Under the pieces are notes generated by a model, which searched no databases, was not told where the DNA came from, and was given only the letters and a program-made list of their open reading frames with translations. Below are positions 28,901 to 38,316 of a stretch of 49,763 nucleotides of DNA, in pieces. The position numbers and the translations under genes are program-made. The DNA is from an uncultured virus (IMG/VR IMGVR_UViG_3300028588_000812) (taxonomy: Duplodnaviria; Heunggongvirae; Uroviricota; Caudoviricetes). The stretch lies in IMG/VR virus record IMGVR_UViG_3300028588_000812. One strand, written 5' to 3'. Within the stretch, counting starts at the first letter, position 1; every line of letters begins with the position of its first letter.

Positions 28901-29098
28901 TTAGAACTTATATGTTGAAGGTGAAATAGTAAACTGGCGTTCTAGTAATGAAGCTTCATGAGCGCGAGCGTGGTGTGCGCAGAATGTTAAGGTAACTTTA
29001 CCTTTCACTGCTGAAAAACGGCCTTCTGCTGGGCAGCTATCACATAGCGCTTTGAATGCAGAAACTGTTTTTGGGTTTTCTTTTGTGATTGTTTCCAA
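28901..29098 (-). CDS. Small zinc-finger protein (CxxC...FCxHH)
   Basis: LCDSCPAEG...LTFCAHHARAH, a pattern seen in small actinobacterial proteins. Confidence 0.7.
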   Translation of the reverse strand: METITKENPKTVSAFKALCDSCPAEGRFSAVKGKVTLTFCAHHARAHEASLLERQFTISPSTYKF

Positions 29099-29144
29099 AA
29101 TTATTCTCTTTCCTCAATAATAGTAGTGTTGTTTATAGAAAAAA

Positions 29145-29188
29145 TTTAAGGGCGAGTTATGTTATATGTTTAACAACTCGCCCTTAAA
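29145..29188. terminator. Intrinsic terminator
   Basis: tttaagggcgagtt...aactcgcccttaaa. Confidence 0.75.
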
Positions 29189-29190
29189 AA

Positions 29191-29460
29191 TTAGTCTAGA
29201 GGGTTTGTACCTTTGCCTTTAGTGTAGTTAGCTACAACTTCACGAAGGACTTCGTATTCTTGGGGTGTTAGACGTGAATGAAGATAAGTCTTAGCGTCTT
29301 GACCTTCTGGAACTCCTAGAAGCTCAGCAAGCGTATCCTCTTCGTTCTTTCCTTCTTCACGAGCCGCGATAAGTTTATCAAGTTTGTTTTTGTCAAACTC
29401 AAGCTTACGGCTAATGCCCATAATTTGCTTAACCTGATTAAGCTTTAAACCACCGAACAT
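29191..29460 (-). CDS. Hypothetical protein
   Basis: 89 aa; gaaagg RBS; CCGATA at 29492-29497. Confidence 0.7.
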   Translation of the reverse strand: MFGGLKLNQVKQIMGISRKLEFDKNKLDKLIAAREEGKNEEDTLAELLGVPEGQDAKTYLHSRLTPQEYEVLREVVANYTKGKGTNPLD

Positions 29461-29543
29461 AAAATATGCCTTTCAATATTGTCCCTACCTATATCGGAAG
29501 GGAACAGAACTTAAATATATCAGTTAAACACTATTCACAGGTG

Positions 29544-30152
29544 TTATTTAGTTAACACTTCGTCAATAATGCCGTATTCTAGAGCTTCCTGAGCGCTAAG
29601 GTAGAAGTTTCTTTCAACATCCTTAGCGATTTTTGCTACAGATTGACCTGTAATATCAGCAAGAGTTTCTTCAATCCATGTACGTGTACGCTTAATTTCA
29701 GAAGCCTGGATGTTGATATCAGAAGCTTGACCTCTACCGTTTCCATAAACTGCTGGCTGGTCTAGTACGATACGAGCATTAGGAAGAGCAGCACGCATAC
29801 CCTTAGTTCCACCTGCAAGCAAGATAGCACTAGAGCTAACAGCTTTACCTAAACAAACAGTTGCAACATCAGGTTTAATGTGTTGCATAGTGTCATAAAT
29901 GGCTGTCATATCTGAGAATGAGCCACCAGGTGAGTTGATATACATGGTAATTGACTGTTCAGCATCAATTGCTTCAAGAACTAGCAACTGTGACATGATA
30001 TCATTGGCGCTAATTTCGTCAATTTGAGTTCCAAGGAAAATAATTCTGTCACGGAAAAGTCGGCTATAAGGGTCTTGCGTGCGAGTACCATGAGGGGTAC
30101 GCTCTTCGAACTGAGGAAGAATGTAACGACTGGAAGGTGATAGAGAGTTCAT
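29544..30152 (-). CDS. clpP2: ClpP2-like subunit with degenerate catalytic triad
   Basis: RYILPQFEERT, DPYSRLFRDRIIFLG, YINSPGG; IVLDQP replaces IHQP and ERN replaces xRD. Confidence 0.9.
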   Translation of the reverse strand: MNSLSPSSRYILPQFEERTPHGTRTQDPYSRLFRDRIIFLGTQIDEISANDIMSQLLVLEAIDAEQSITMYINSPGGSFSDMTAIYDTMQHIKPDVATVCLGKAVSSSAILLAGGTKGMRAALPNARIVLDQPAVYGNGRGQASDINIQASEIKRTRTWIEETLADITGQSVAKIAKDVERNFYLSAQEALEYGIIDEVLTK

Positions 30153-30757
30153 TAGTTAGTTACTTCCTTTTTAGCAAAGTTAACAATATCGTTAACTTGG
30201 GTGAGAATGTGGTCGACAAAACCGTATTCTAGAGCTTCCTCAGCAGTGAACCAACGGTCACGGTCGCCGTCTTCATTGATTTGTTCTACAGTTTTGCCTG
30301 TGTTTTTAGCTGTAATAGAAGCTAATTGATGTTTCATATCATTGATAAGCTTAGCTTGAATTTCAATGTCTGTTTGTGAACCACCGAAACCACCATGTGG
30401 TTGGTGCATAAGGACACGTAGTAATGGTGTTGCAAAACGTTTACCTGGTGCGCCAGCAGTGAGAAGGAACTGTCCCATTGAAGCGGCCATACCAAGACCA
30501 ACAGTAACAACATCATTAGGGATAAGATGCATTGCGTCATAAATCGCGCTTCCGGCTGTTACTGAACCACCGGGTGAATTGATGTAAAGGTAAATATCTT
30601 TTTCTGCGTCTTCTGCTGAAAGAAGAAGAAGTTGACTGATGATTTCATTAGCGTTATCATCACGTACATCTTCACCTAGCCAAATGATCCTGCTTTTAAG
30701 AAGCCTCTGGAATGCGTGTTGTGGCGCAGAGATTGCTGCTGGTTCACGAGTATGCAA
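30152..30757 (-). CDS. clpP1: ATP-dependent Clp protease proteolytic subunit 1
   Basis: [27 protein letters not shown]; triad intact. Confidence 0.95.
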   Translation of the reverse strand: MHTREPAAISAPQHAFQRLLKSRIIWLGEDVRDDNANEIISQLLLLSAEDAEKDIYLYINSPGGSVTAGSAIYDAMHLIPNDVVTVGLGMAASMGQFLLTAGAPGKRFATPLLRVLMHQPHGGFGGSQTDIEIQAKLINDMKHQLASITAKNTGKTVEQINEDGDRDRWFTAEEALEYGFVDHILTQVNDIVNFAKKEVTN

Positions 30758-31030
30758 TTATTAGTTCCTGTCTGTAACAACTGATAAATTCAGTTATAAA
30801 GTGTTTACACAATACTAGCATAAAAACCAAAAATAAGCGAACTACAAGTTCCAGTGTTTCGTTTCAGGACGACGATAACAGAACTAGATACCAAAATACA
30901 CCATCGTAAAAAGCGCGGCAGTTTTAGTTTTTCTAGTAAGATAAGAAAAGATTATTGCTGAAAATGTTCCGATAGATATGGTACCTAGAGCATAAAATAA
31001 TTTTATACGTAAGTTTTTGGAAGGAAGAAA

Positions 31031-33103
31031 ATGGCGACTGAGCCACAATATAATGCAAGTGACATGCAAGTTCTTGAAGGACTTGAAGCTGTCCGTAAAC
31101 GACCAGGTATGTACATTGGTTCTACTGACAGTAAAGGTTTAAACCATCTTGTATGGGAAATCGTTGACAACTCTGTTGACGAAGCGCTTGCCGGGTACGC
31201 AAGCAAAATCACAATTACCGCTTTCCCTGACAACTCTGTTCAGGTCGAAGATGACGGTCGTGGTATCCCAACAGACCTTAACGAAAAAGTTGGTTTAACT
31301 GGTGTTGAAATTGCATACCAGAAACTTCACGGTGGAGGTAAATTCGGTGGTAGCGGATATAAGTCCGCTGGTGGTCTACACGGTGTTGGAGCGTCAGTAG
31401 TAAACGCTTTATCTGCACGTCTAGATGTACGAGTTTACCGTAATAAAAAAGAACATGATATCTCATTCCAACGTGGAGTTGCAGGTATATGGACTGGTGA
31501 TGACGAACACGGTAAATTTACAGCCAAAAAAGGTTTAACTGCTAAAGCAGATAAGCGTTCTGGTGAAGAAAAGCTTGCACGCCCAACAGGTACAACCGTA
31601 CGCTGGTGGTATGACCGTTCAATCTTCCTAAAAGACTCTGAAATTGATATAACAGCTATTCATTCACGTGCACGTCAAACAGCTTTCTTAGTTCCAACTT
31701 TAGCTATTGTTGTTAAAGACCTTAGAGATAGCACCGCTATTACAGAACAAACATTTGAGTTCTCCGGTGGTCTAGTGGATATGGTTGAGTACGTTGGTTT
31801 AAGTGAAGCATTACATAAACCAATTCATATTAAAGACACTGGTAAATTTACCGAAACTGTACCTGTTCTTGATAGTAAAGGTCATATGGTTGACACTGAG
31901 GTTGAACGTGAAGTAGAAGTTGATGTAGCCTTCTCATACAACAATGGTTATGAAAGTCAAATCAAATCATTCGTTAACGTTGTTAATACGCCAGAAGGTG
32001 GAACGCATGTTGCAGGTATGGAAGCTGCTTTTACTAAAGTTGTTTTAGGTAATATTAAAAAAGCTGGTCGTGGCTTACTTAAAGCTTCCGAAGCCCCACC
32101 TATTATTGATGATATCCGTGAAGGTTTAACTGCTGTAATTTCAATTGGTTTACAAGAACCACAGTTCATTGGTCAAACTAAAGATAAGCTTGGTACCAAC
32201 GGAGTGCGTAAAGTTGTTTTAGATGTCGTAACAGAAAACTTACAACTTTTCCTTGATAACAAAAAGAACGCCACTGTTGCAAAAACAATTTATCAAAAAG
32301 TTGTTGATGCTTCTCGTGCGCGTTTAGCTGCTAGAGCGACAAAAGAAACTGCTCGCCGTAAGACAAGCCTTGAGTCCGCTTCAATGCCTAGTAAGTTGGT
32401 TGACTGTGCAGAGAACGGTACAGAATTTGCTGAACTTCATATCTGTGAAGGTGATTCCGCTTTGGGTACTATGAAAGATGCTCGTGACCCTCGTTACCAA
32501 GCTCTTTTGCCTATTCGTGGTAAAATTCTTAATGTTCAAAAAGCAACTCTTAAAGGTATGTTGGATAATGCCGAATGTGCTTCAATTATTCAAGTAATTG
32601 GTGGAGGTTCAGGTAAAAGTTTTGACCTTTCAGCAATGCGCTATCAGAACATTTGTATCGCTGTAGACGCTGATATTGACGGTGCCCACATTAGAACACT
32701 TTTGATTACTTTCTTCTGGAAATACCTTCGCCCTCTTGTTGAAGCTGGCCGTTTGTATGCATCACAGCCACCATTGTTTACAATTAAAACTTTAGGTAAA
32801 ACTAAAGAAATTCTTTACTTGTTCTCTGATGAGGAACGTGACGCTGCAATTATTAAGCTTCAAAAATCTGGCATTAAGTATGAACCAGTTCAACGTCTTA
32901 AAGGACTTGGAGAAATGGACCCAGACGAATTCTGGGACACAACATTAGACCCAGAAAAGCGCACCTTACGTCGCATTACAGTTGAAGATGCGGTTGAGTC
33001 TGAAAGAATGCTTGAACTTGCTATGGGTAGTAAAGTAGAACCACGTAAAGATTGGATTATGGATTCCCGTAGTCGTATTGATGAGAATGACTTGGATGTA
33101 TAA
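31031..33103 (+). CDS. parE: Type IIA topoisomerase B subunit (actinobacterial ParE/GyrB-like)
   Basis: LEAVRKRPGMYIG, EIVDNSVDE, GLHGVG, EGDSA, PIRGKILN, DADIDG, RLKGLGEM. Confidence 0.85.
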   Translation: MATEPQYNASDMQVLEGLEAVRKRPGMYIGSTDSKGLNHLVWEIVDNSVDEALAGYASKITITAFPDNSVQVEDDGRGIPTDLNEKVGLTGVEIAYQKLHGGGKFGGSGYKSAGGLHGVGASVVNALSARLDVRVYRNKKEHDISFQRGVAGIWTGDDEHGKFTAKKGLTAKADKRSGEEKLARPTGTTVRWWYDRSIFLKDSEIDITAIHSRARQTAFLVPTLAIVVKDLRDSTAITEQTFEFSGGLVDMVEYVGLSEALHKPIHIKDTGKFTETVPVLDSKGHMVDTEVEREVEVDVAFSYNNGYESQIKSFVNVVNTPEGGTHVAGMEAAFTKVVLGNIKKAGRGLLKASEAPPIIDDIREGLTAVISIGLQEPQFIGQTKDKLGTNGVRKVVLDVVTENLQLFLDNKKNATVAKTIYQKVVDASRARLAARATKETARRKTSLESASMPSKLVDCAENGTEFAELHICEGDSALGTMKDARDPRYQALLPIRGKILNVQKATLKGMLDNAECASIIQVIGGGSGKSFDLSAMRYQNICIAVDADIDGAHIRTLLITFFWKYLRPLVEAGRLYASQPPLFTIKTLGKTKEILYLFSDEERDAAIIKLQKSGIKYEPVQRLKGLGEMDPDEFWDTTLDPEKRTLRRITVEDAVESERMLELAMGSKVEPRKDWIMDSRSRIDENDLDV

Positions 33104-33105
33104 GA

Positions 33106-35511
33106 ATGGCTATTAAGAAAAATACTAAATCAAACAAACCATTAGCTGACTTTAGCAAACTAGCTAAAGTTGTTGAAAACGTTTCTTTATCTAATGAGAT
33201 TGAGAAATCATTCCTTAGCTATGCTTATATGGTTATTCTTTCTCGTGCTATTCCTGATGCTCGTGACGGGTTAAAGCCTGTTCATCGTCGTATTCTGTGG
33301 AGCATGTTTGATGAAGGCATGACACCTGATAAGTCTCACGTTAAATCAGCTAAAATCGTTGGTGACACAATGGGTAACTATCACCCTCACGGTGATAGTG
33401 CTATCTACGAAGCTATGGTTGGTTTAGTTCAATCTCACAACATGTCGTTGCCTCTTATTGACCCCCACGGTAACTTTGGTGGAACACCTGGTTCATCTGC
33501 CGCTGCTCCCCGTTATACTGAAGCTCGTTTAGCTAAAAGTGCTCTACCATTACTTAGTGAACTACGAGAAGATGGAGCGGATTTTGTTCCTAACTATGAC
33601 GCTAAAAAGTTAGAACCTGTTGTATTACCTGTTCAATACCCTAACCTTCTAATCAACGGTGGAACGGGTATTGCTGTTGGTGTTGCTTCTAAAATGGCAC
33701 CACATAATCCTAATGAAATTATTGATGCTGCACGTTGGTTGTTAACTCATCCAACTGCAACAACAGAGCGTTTAATGGACTTTGTTCCTGGTCCTGACTT
33801 CCCAACTGGTGGTCGTATCATTGGGCAGGATGCTATCAAAGAAGCTTATGAAACTGGACGTGGAGTAATCCGTATTCAGGGTACAGCAACAATTGACCCT
33901 GTAGGCCGTGGTAAACACCATATTACTTTCTCATCTTTGCCTTATGAAATCTCTGCTGAAAAAGTAATTGAAAAGGTTAAAGAGTTAGTTAGTGCTAATA
34001 AACTACAAGGTATTGCAGATATGAAAGACCTTGCAGGGCGTGAAGAAAAAACTCGTCTTGTATTTGAAACTAAAGCTGGGGTTAACCCACAAGCCTTACT
34101 TTATGAGCTATACAAACAAACACCATTAGAGGTAAGTTTTGGTATTAATAATGTTGCTATTTTAGACGGTGAACCTAAAGTTCTTGGCTTAAAACAACTA
34201 TTAGAAATCTTCTTAGAACACCGTGTTAATGTTGTTACCCGTAGAACTCAAAGTCGTAAAGAAAAACGTGACAAGCGTTTGCACCTTATTGATGGTTTAC
34301 TTAAAGCTTTAGCTAACATTGATGAAGTTATTAAAATTATCCGTACTTCTGCTGATACCGCAACGGCTCAGGATAAGTTAATGAAGAAATTTAAGTTAGA
34401 TGAAATCCAAGCAGATTATATCCTTGATATTCCTTTGCGTCGTCTAACTAAATATGACCAAATTCAATTAACTGACGAAAAGAAAAAGCTTACTGATGAA
34501 GTTAAAGAATTAAACAAAATTCTTAATGATGATAAAGAGCTTCGTGCTGTTATTGCTAAAGAACTAGAAGACGTTCGCAAGCTTCTTGACCAAGAACGTA
34601 GAAGTGAAATTGTCGGTGGGGATTTAGCTGAACATCTAGAAGCTGCTAAAACTGCTGCTGTTACTGTTTCTCTTGAAGTTGAAGATGAACCTTGTGGCGT
34701 ATTCTTAACCTACAAGGGTGGCGTGGTACGTTCACCTAAGCTTTCCGTTTCTAAAGCTGTAATGTCACAAATTACTTCTACTACTCGTAGCAAGTTCATT
34801 GCTGTGACAAATAAGGGACGCGCTTTCCGCTTAGATACGCTTCATGTAGGTACAAAGGAAGCTCCTGTTAGCAGTATTCTTCCTGAGAAACTACCATCTG
34901 GTGAAAGAGTTATTGCTTTGACCCCAGTGGACCTTTCCGAAGGTAAAAGCGGTGGAGTTGCAATTGGAACTAAGAATGGTGTAGTAAAAATTGCTTCACC
35001 ACAATGGCCTGTCCGTTCTGATGATTTCTCAATCATTAGCTTAGAAAAAGATGATGAAATTGTTTCTGCTGCATGGGTTGACGATGTTGACGCTTATGAA
35101 TTAGCTTTCATTACAACAGATACTTCCCTATTAACTTTCCCTGCTTCTAAAGTACGTCCACAAGGTTTGAGTGGTGGAGGTATGGCCGGTATTAAACTTG
35201 CTGAGGGTAACAAAGTTCTATCATTTGGTGTTATCCCAACAGCAATTAAAGATAAAGCTATGGTTGTTACTGTAAGCGACGGTCAACGTGGTAAAACAAC
35301 ACCTTTCGCTCTTTACCCTCAAAAAGGTAGAGGAACAGGTGGAGTAAGAACACAAGCTTTCCTTAAAGGTGAAACAATTCTAATTTATGCTTTCGTAGGA
35401 ACTGAACCAGTTCTTCTTGATAAAGATAAGAAAGAGTTAGCTCTTCCTGAAACTATCAATAAACGTGATGCATCAGGAAAACCTTTAGATGACGGTACAT
35501 TAGCTATCTAA
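33106..35511 (+). CDS. parC: Type IIA topoisomerase A subunit (ParC-like)
   Basis: DGLKPVHRR, YHPHGD, AAPRYTE catalytic Tyr, GIAVG; no GyrA box at the start of the CTD; RPQG..GGMAGIKL as in actinobacterial topo IV. Confidence 0.85.
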   Translation: MAIKKNTKSNKPLADFSKLAKVVENVSLSNEIEKSFLSYAYMVILSRAIPDARDGLKPVHRRILWSMFDEGMTPDKSHVKSAKIVGDTMGNYHPHGDSAIYEAMVGLVQSHNMSLPLIDPHGNFGGTPGSSAAAPRYTEARLAKSALPLLSELREDGADFVPNYDAKKLEPVVLPVQYPNLLINGGTGIAVGVASKMAPHNPNEIIDAARWLLTHPTATTERLMDFVPGPDFPTGGRIIGQDAIKEAYETGRGVIRIQGTATIDPVGRGKHHITFSSLPYEISAEKVIEKVKELVSANKLQGIADMKDLAGREEKTRLVFETKAGVNPQALLYELYKQTPLEVSFGINNVAILDGEPKVLGLKQLLEIFLEHRVNVVTRRTQSRKEKRDKRLHLIDGLLKALANIDEVIKIIRTSADTATAQDKLMKKFKLDEIQADYILDIPLRRLTKYDQIQLTDEKKKLTDEVKELNKILNDDKELRAVIAKELEDVRKLLDQERRSEIVGGDLAEHLEAAKTAAVTVSLEVEDEPCGVFLTYKGGVVRSPKLSVSKAVMSQITSTTRSKFIAVTNKGRAFRLDTLHVGTKEAPVSSILPEKLPSGERVIALTPVDLSEGKSGGVAIGTKNGVVKIASPQWPVRSDDFSIISLEKDDEIVSAAWVDDVDAYELAFITTDTSLLTFPASKVRPQGLSGGGMAGIKLAEGNKVLSFGVIPTAIKDKAMVVTVSDGQRGKTTPFALYPQKGRGTGGVRTQAFLKGETILIYAFVGTEPVLLDKDKKELALPETINKRDASGKPLDDGTLAI

Positions 35512-35518
35512 GACAATA

Positions 35519-35556
35519 TTTAAGCCCCACAGGTATTCTTACCTGTGGGGCTTAAA
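35519..35556. terminator. Terminator of parC
   Basis: tttaagccccacaggta-ttct-tacctgtggggcttaaa. Confidence 0.85.
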
Positions 35557-35624
35557 CTATGCTCAGAAGCGCTCACAGGCGCTATGAGAGCAATTCTAGT
35601 GCCATAGTAGCAATGTCTTACAAC

Positions 35625-35675
35625 ATAGCAATAGGCTAGAACATATAAAAGATATATGTTCTAGCCTATTGCTAT
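35625..35675. terminator. 23-bp inverted repeat downstream of the Hint gene
   Basis: atagcaataggctagaacatata...tatatgttctagcctattgctat. Confidence 0.75.
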
Positions 35676-35732
35676 CTTAAATTATATTAGTAGTTTATCT
35701 TGCTGGATTTGATACGCAATATAATAAATGTT

Positions 35733-36281
35733 TTATTGAATTACTGCACTGTGAGCAGGCACCAAACTTATTGTTTGGTCAGAAACCTCTTGGCCAATCA
35801 ATAAATTATCTTGGCTTGTTACTTCAAACGAATAAGCAGGCATTTTGCTGTCAATACGTTTTTTATGAATATGTTCTATTTGACTAATTGATTTTAACGG
35901 GTAACGCATTCTTGGGTTGTATACGGCTGTACTAATAGCAGTGCCAAACCTAAGGTCTTCTGCCTTCATCCAGTCGCCGTTAGCCGCAAGAAAAAGCTGA
36001 TCTTTGGTCGCTTGAATAATATGCCCATTTTGTAATGTCATTTTATATATTTCATCTGTCCATTCTCCAATTCTAAACGAATGGGCAGTAGCGGAAGTCA
36101 TTCTCCCATGTTTATCTAAACATGTTACTTGAATAGTTGACTGATATTCGCATGCTAGTTCATCTAAGGAACATAAATTGCCTTCCGAATCGAGAATTAA
36201 AGTTTCTCCATCTAAAGCACCGAATGTATGTGTTTCTTCTTGATTAAAGTCCAAGCGACGTATAGTTTGTTTTGTACTCAT
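35733..36281 (-). CDS. Free-standing Hint/intein-like domain with degenerate splicing residues
   Basis: Block A-like GALDGETLI, block B-like IQATKDQLFL..NGDWMKAEDL, block F-like PAYSFEVTSQDNLL, block G-like LVPAHS. Confidence 0.8.
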   Translation of the reverse strand: MSTKQTIRRLDFNQEETHTFGALDGETLILDSEGNLCSLDELACEYQSTIQVTCLDKHGRMTSATAHSFRIGEWTDEIYKMTLQNGHIIQATKDQLFLAANGDWMKAEDLRFGTAISTAVYNPRMRYPLKSISQIEHIHKKRIDSKMPAYSFEVTSQDNLLIGQEVSDQTISLVPAHSAVIQ

Positions 36282-36347
36282 TATTTCCTATCAAATCCTT
36301 AATACAATATTACCATGTTTCTGCAATATATAACTATAAATGTATGC

Positions 36348-36385
36348 AAAAAACCCCACTACTTATATAAGTAGTGGGGTTTTTT
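36348..36385. terminator. Perfect 38-bp palindrome, terminator
   Basis: aaaaaaccccactacttatataagtagtggggtttttt. Confidence 0.85.
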
Positions 36386-36422
36386 CGGCTATATTTGTTT
36401 GAGTAATATAAGACTGCTAGAA

Positions 36423-37676
36423 TTAGTCGCGGTCTTTGTTGTTACTTTCGTCGTTTACTTCGTATTCTTCAAAAGTAACTTCTTCATCAGTATCTGCTTC
36501 TTCTGCATCGTCGTTAACAAATGCAGGGTCTGTTGAAGTTTCGTCAGTTACTTCTTCGTTTTCACCGGCAAACTTAGCTTCTGTTTCTTCATCTTCGTCA
36601 GTTGATGTTTCTTCTGCGTAAGCGTAAAGGTCAGTTGCTGCTTCTGCGGCTTGCTCTTCTTCCTCTTTGTAAACACCTGCGAATGGGTCTTCTTCGCTAC
36701 CTTCAACATCAGGGTAAACAGTGTTTTCATCTGTGAACTCTACAACAGTGTTAAAGTTATCTGGCTCTGTTGTGTCGGCTGGAACAACAATTTCAGTTAC
36801 TTTAGCTTCTTCATCTGCATCTACAGCGTAACCAAATACTTCTTGTGCACGTTCTAGTTCAAATTGGTGGAATGTTGTAACACGTGTGAATAGTTCACGA
36901 GTTGTAAGACGAGCAGCTTCTAATCTTTCTAGAGCTTCTGCTGCATCATTTACAGCATTAACTTTAATAGCTTCTGCTTCTGTTGTAGCAGAAGTAAGAA
37001 TACCATCTGCTTCATTCTGGGCACCAGTTACAAGCTCATGAGCTTCGTTTTGGGCGTTTGTAACAAGCTCTTCTGCTTCTTCTTGAGCTTCTGCTTCAAT
37101 AGCAGCAACTCTTTCAAGGGAACGTGTTACGTGTTCTGTTGCTTCGCTAGCTGCTGCTTCAAGAATACGTTGAGCTTTGTGAGAAGCAGTACCAAGGTCG
37201 CTAACTGGTGCAGCAACAACTGGTTCTACAACTTCTTCTACTGGTGCATATTCAACAACAGGCTCTTCAACTACTTCTTCCTCGTAAGGTACCTCTAGTT
37301 CTTCAACTGTTTCTTCCTGAACTGGAGTGTAGTAAGAAGGTGCTTCATCTGTCTGCACTTCTGCTACAGGAGCGTTTTGTAGTTCTTGTACGTTTGCACG
37401 AAGAGCTTCAACTTCTCCACGAAGTAATTCGTTGTCTTGCTGTAAACTGTTTCTTTCAGCTTCTAATTCTTCTACGCCTTGTTCTGCTAGAAGCGTACGG
37501 TAAACTAAACCATTGTACTTATTTAGTAGTTCTTCATGTTTAGTAGTTGCGTCAGCAACCCATGTGTCGACTGTTTCTTCAACATAGCCGCGTTTCATGG
37601 TGCTTCCGAATTTTCCGGGTTGAAGAAGAGCACTCTCATCTAGATAGTGTAGTTCTTCGCGTGTTTCGTCTGCCAC
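36423..37676 (-). CDS. DivIVA/Wag31-like coiled-coil protein with acidic tail
   Basis: KFGSTMKRGYVEETVDTWV DivIVA-like motif; AQRILEAA..AE repeats; start revised to GTG at 37676. Confidence 0.7.
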   Translation of the reverse strand: MADETREELHYLDESALLQPGKFGSTMKRGYVEETVDTWVADATTKHEELLNKYNGLVYRTLLAEQGVEELEAERNSLQQDNELLRGEVEALRANVQELQNAPVAEVQTDEAPSYYTPVQEETVEELEVPYEEEVVEEPVVEYAPVEEVVEPVVAAPVSDLGTASHKAQRILEAAASEATEHVTRSLERVAAIEAEAQEEAEELVTNAQNEAHELVTGAQNEADGILTSATTEAEAIKVNAVNDAAEALERLEAARLTTRELFTRVTTFHQFELERAQEVFGYAVDADEEAKVTEIVVPADTTEPDNFNTVVEFTDENTVYPDVEGSEEDPFAGVYKEEEEQAAEAATDLYAYAEETSTDEDEETEAKFAGENEEVTDETSTDPAFVNDDAEEADTDEEVTFEEYEVNDESNNKDRD

Positions 37677-37771
37677 AATATTTTCCAATCTTATATAGCC
37701 GATTTGAGTTTTATATCGGCAGGCAGTATCGGGCATATTTGCAAAAAGACAAAAAATGGTATTATTATTTT

Positions 37772-38314
37772 ATGAATACTTCAAAACCTCTTGTGCTCTT
37801 TGACTTTGACGGAGTATTTAATCCTGTGGGTAAAACTGAAACAGATATGCCGGTTTTAGATGACCATTTACAACAAATTATTAAGTTACCTTTTGGGTAC
37901 GGTATTTTTAGCGACATGATAGTTCATGTAAATCAAGTAAACATAGATTTCTTTAATAACTTGACTTTAAATTCTGCTTTAGAAGTCAAATGGTTAACTA
38001 CTTGGCAGCAAGACACTGAGCTTTTCCCAGAAGCTCTTAACTTCAAACCCGCACCTTGGGTAAAAGCCGAAGCTGACCCTGAACGTTTGTTGCAGCCGAA
38101 AGAGGCAAGAAAATGGTGGAAGCTATACACCATTCAAAACATAGTTAAATCTAATCCTAAAACAAATATTTTGTGGGTAGATGATGACATCAACGATGAT
38201 ATGGAAACTATTAGTTGGCTCGCAGCTACTAAAACAGTTCAAGCGTTAGTCCCTAACTATTTGAAGGGGCTAACGCTTGAAGATAGAGAACTTATTACAA
38301 AGTTTATCTCTTAA
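37772..38314 (+). CDS. HAD-family phosphatase (Swiss-army-knife RNA-repair-like HAD), probably leaderless
   Basis: LFDFDGVFN, WLTTW, WWK, WVDDD; TGGTATTAT just before the ATG at 37772. Confidence 0.8.
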   Translation: MNTSKPLVLFDFDGVFNPVGKTETDMPVLDDHLQQIIKLPFGYGIFSDMIVHVNQVNIDFFNNLTLNSALEVKWLTTWQQDTELFPEALNFKPAPWVKAEADPERLLQPKEARKWWKLYTIQNIVKSNPKTNILWVDDDINDDMETISWLAATKTVQALVPNYLKGLTLEDRELITKFIS

Positions 38315-38316
38315 TA

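Noticed and set aside
15501..35511. Inteins or introns in dnaE or the topoisomerase genes; split-intein partner for the Hint ORF
   Set aside because: Proteins are of normal length with contiguous motifs, and the Hint ORF has no meaningful extein
31031..35511. Calling the topoisomerase a canonical gyrase (gyrB/gyrA)
   Set aside because: No GyrA box at the CTD start and the CTD motifs look like actinobacterial topo IV; phylogeny is needed to be certain
35557..35624. Possible structured RNA between the parC terminator and the next hairpin
   Set aside because: Only a weak agcgc/gcgct stem and no promoter evidence
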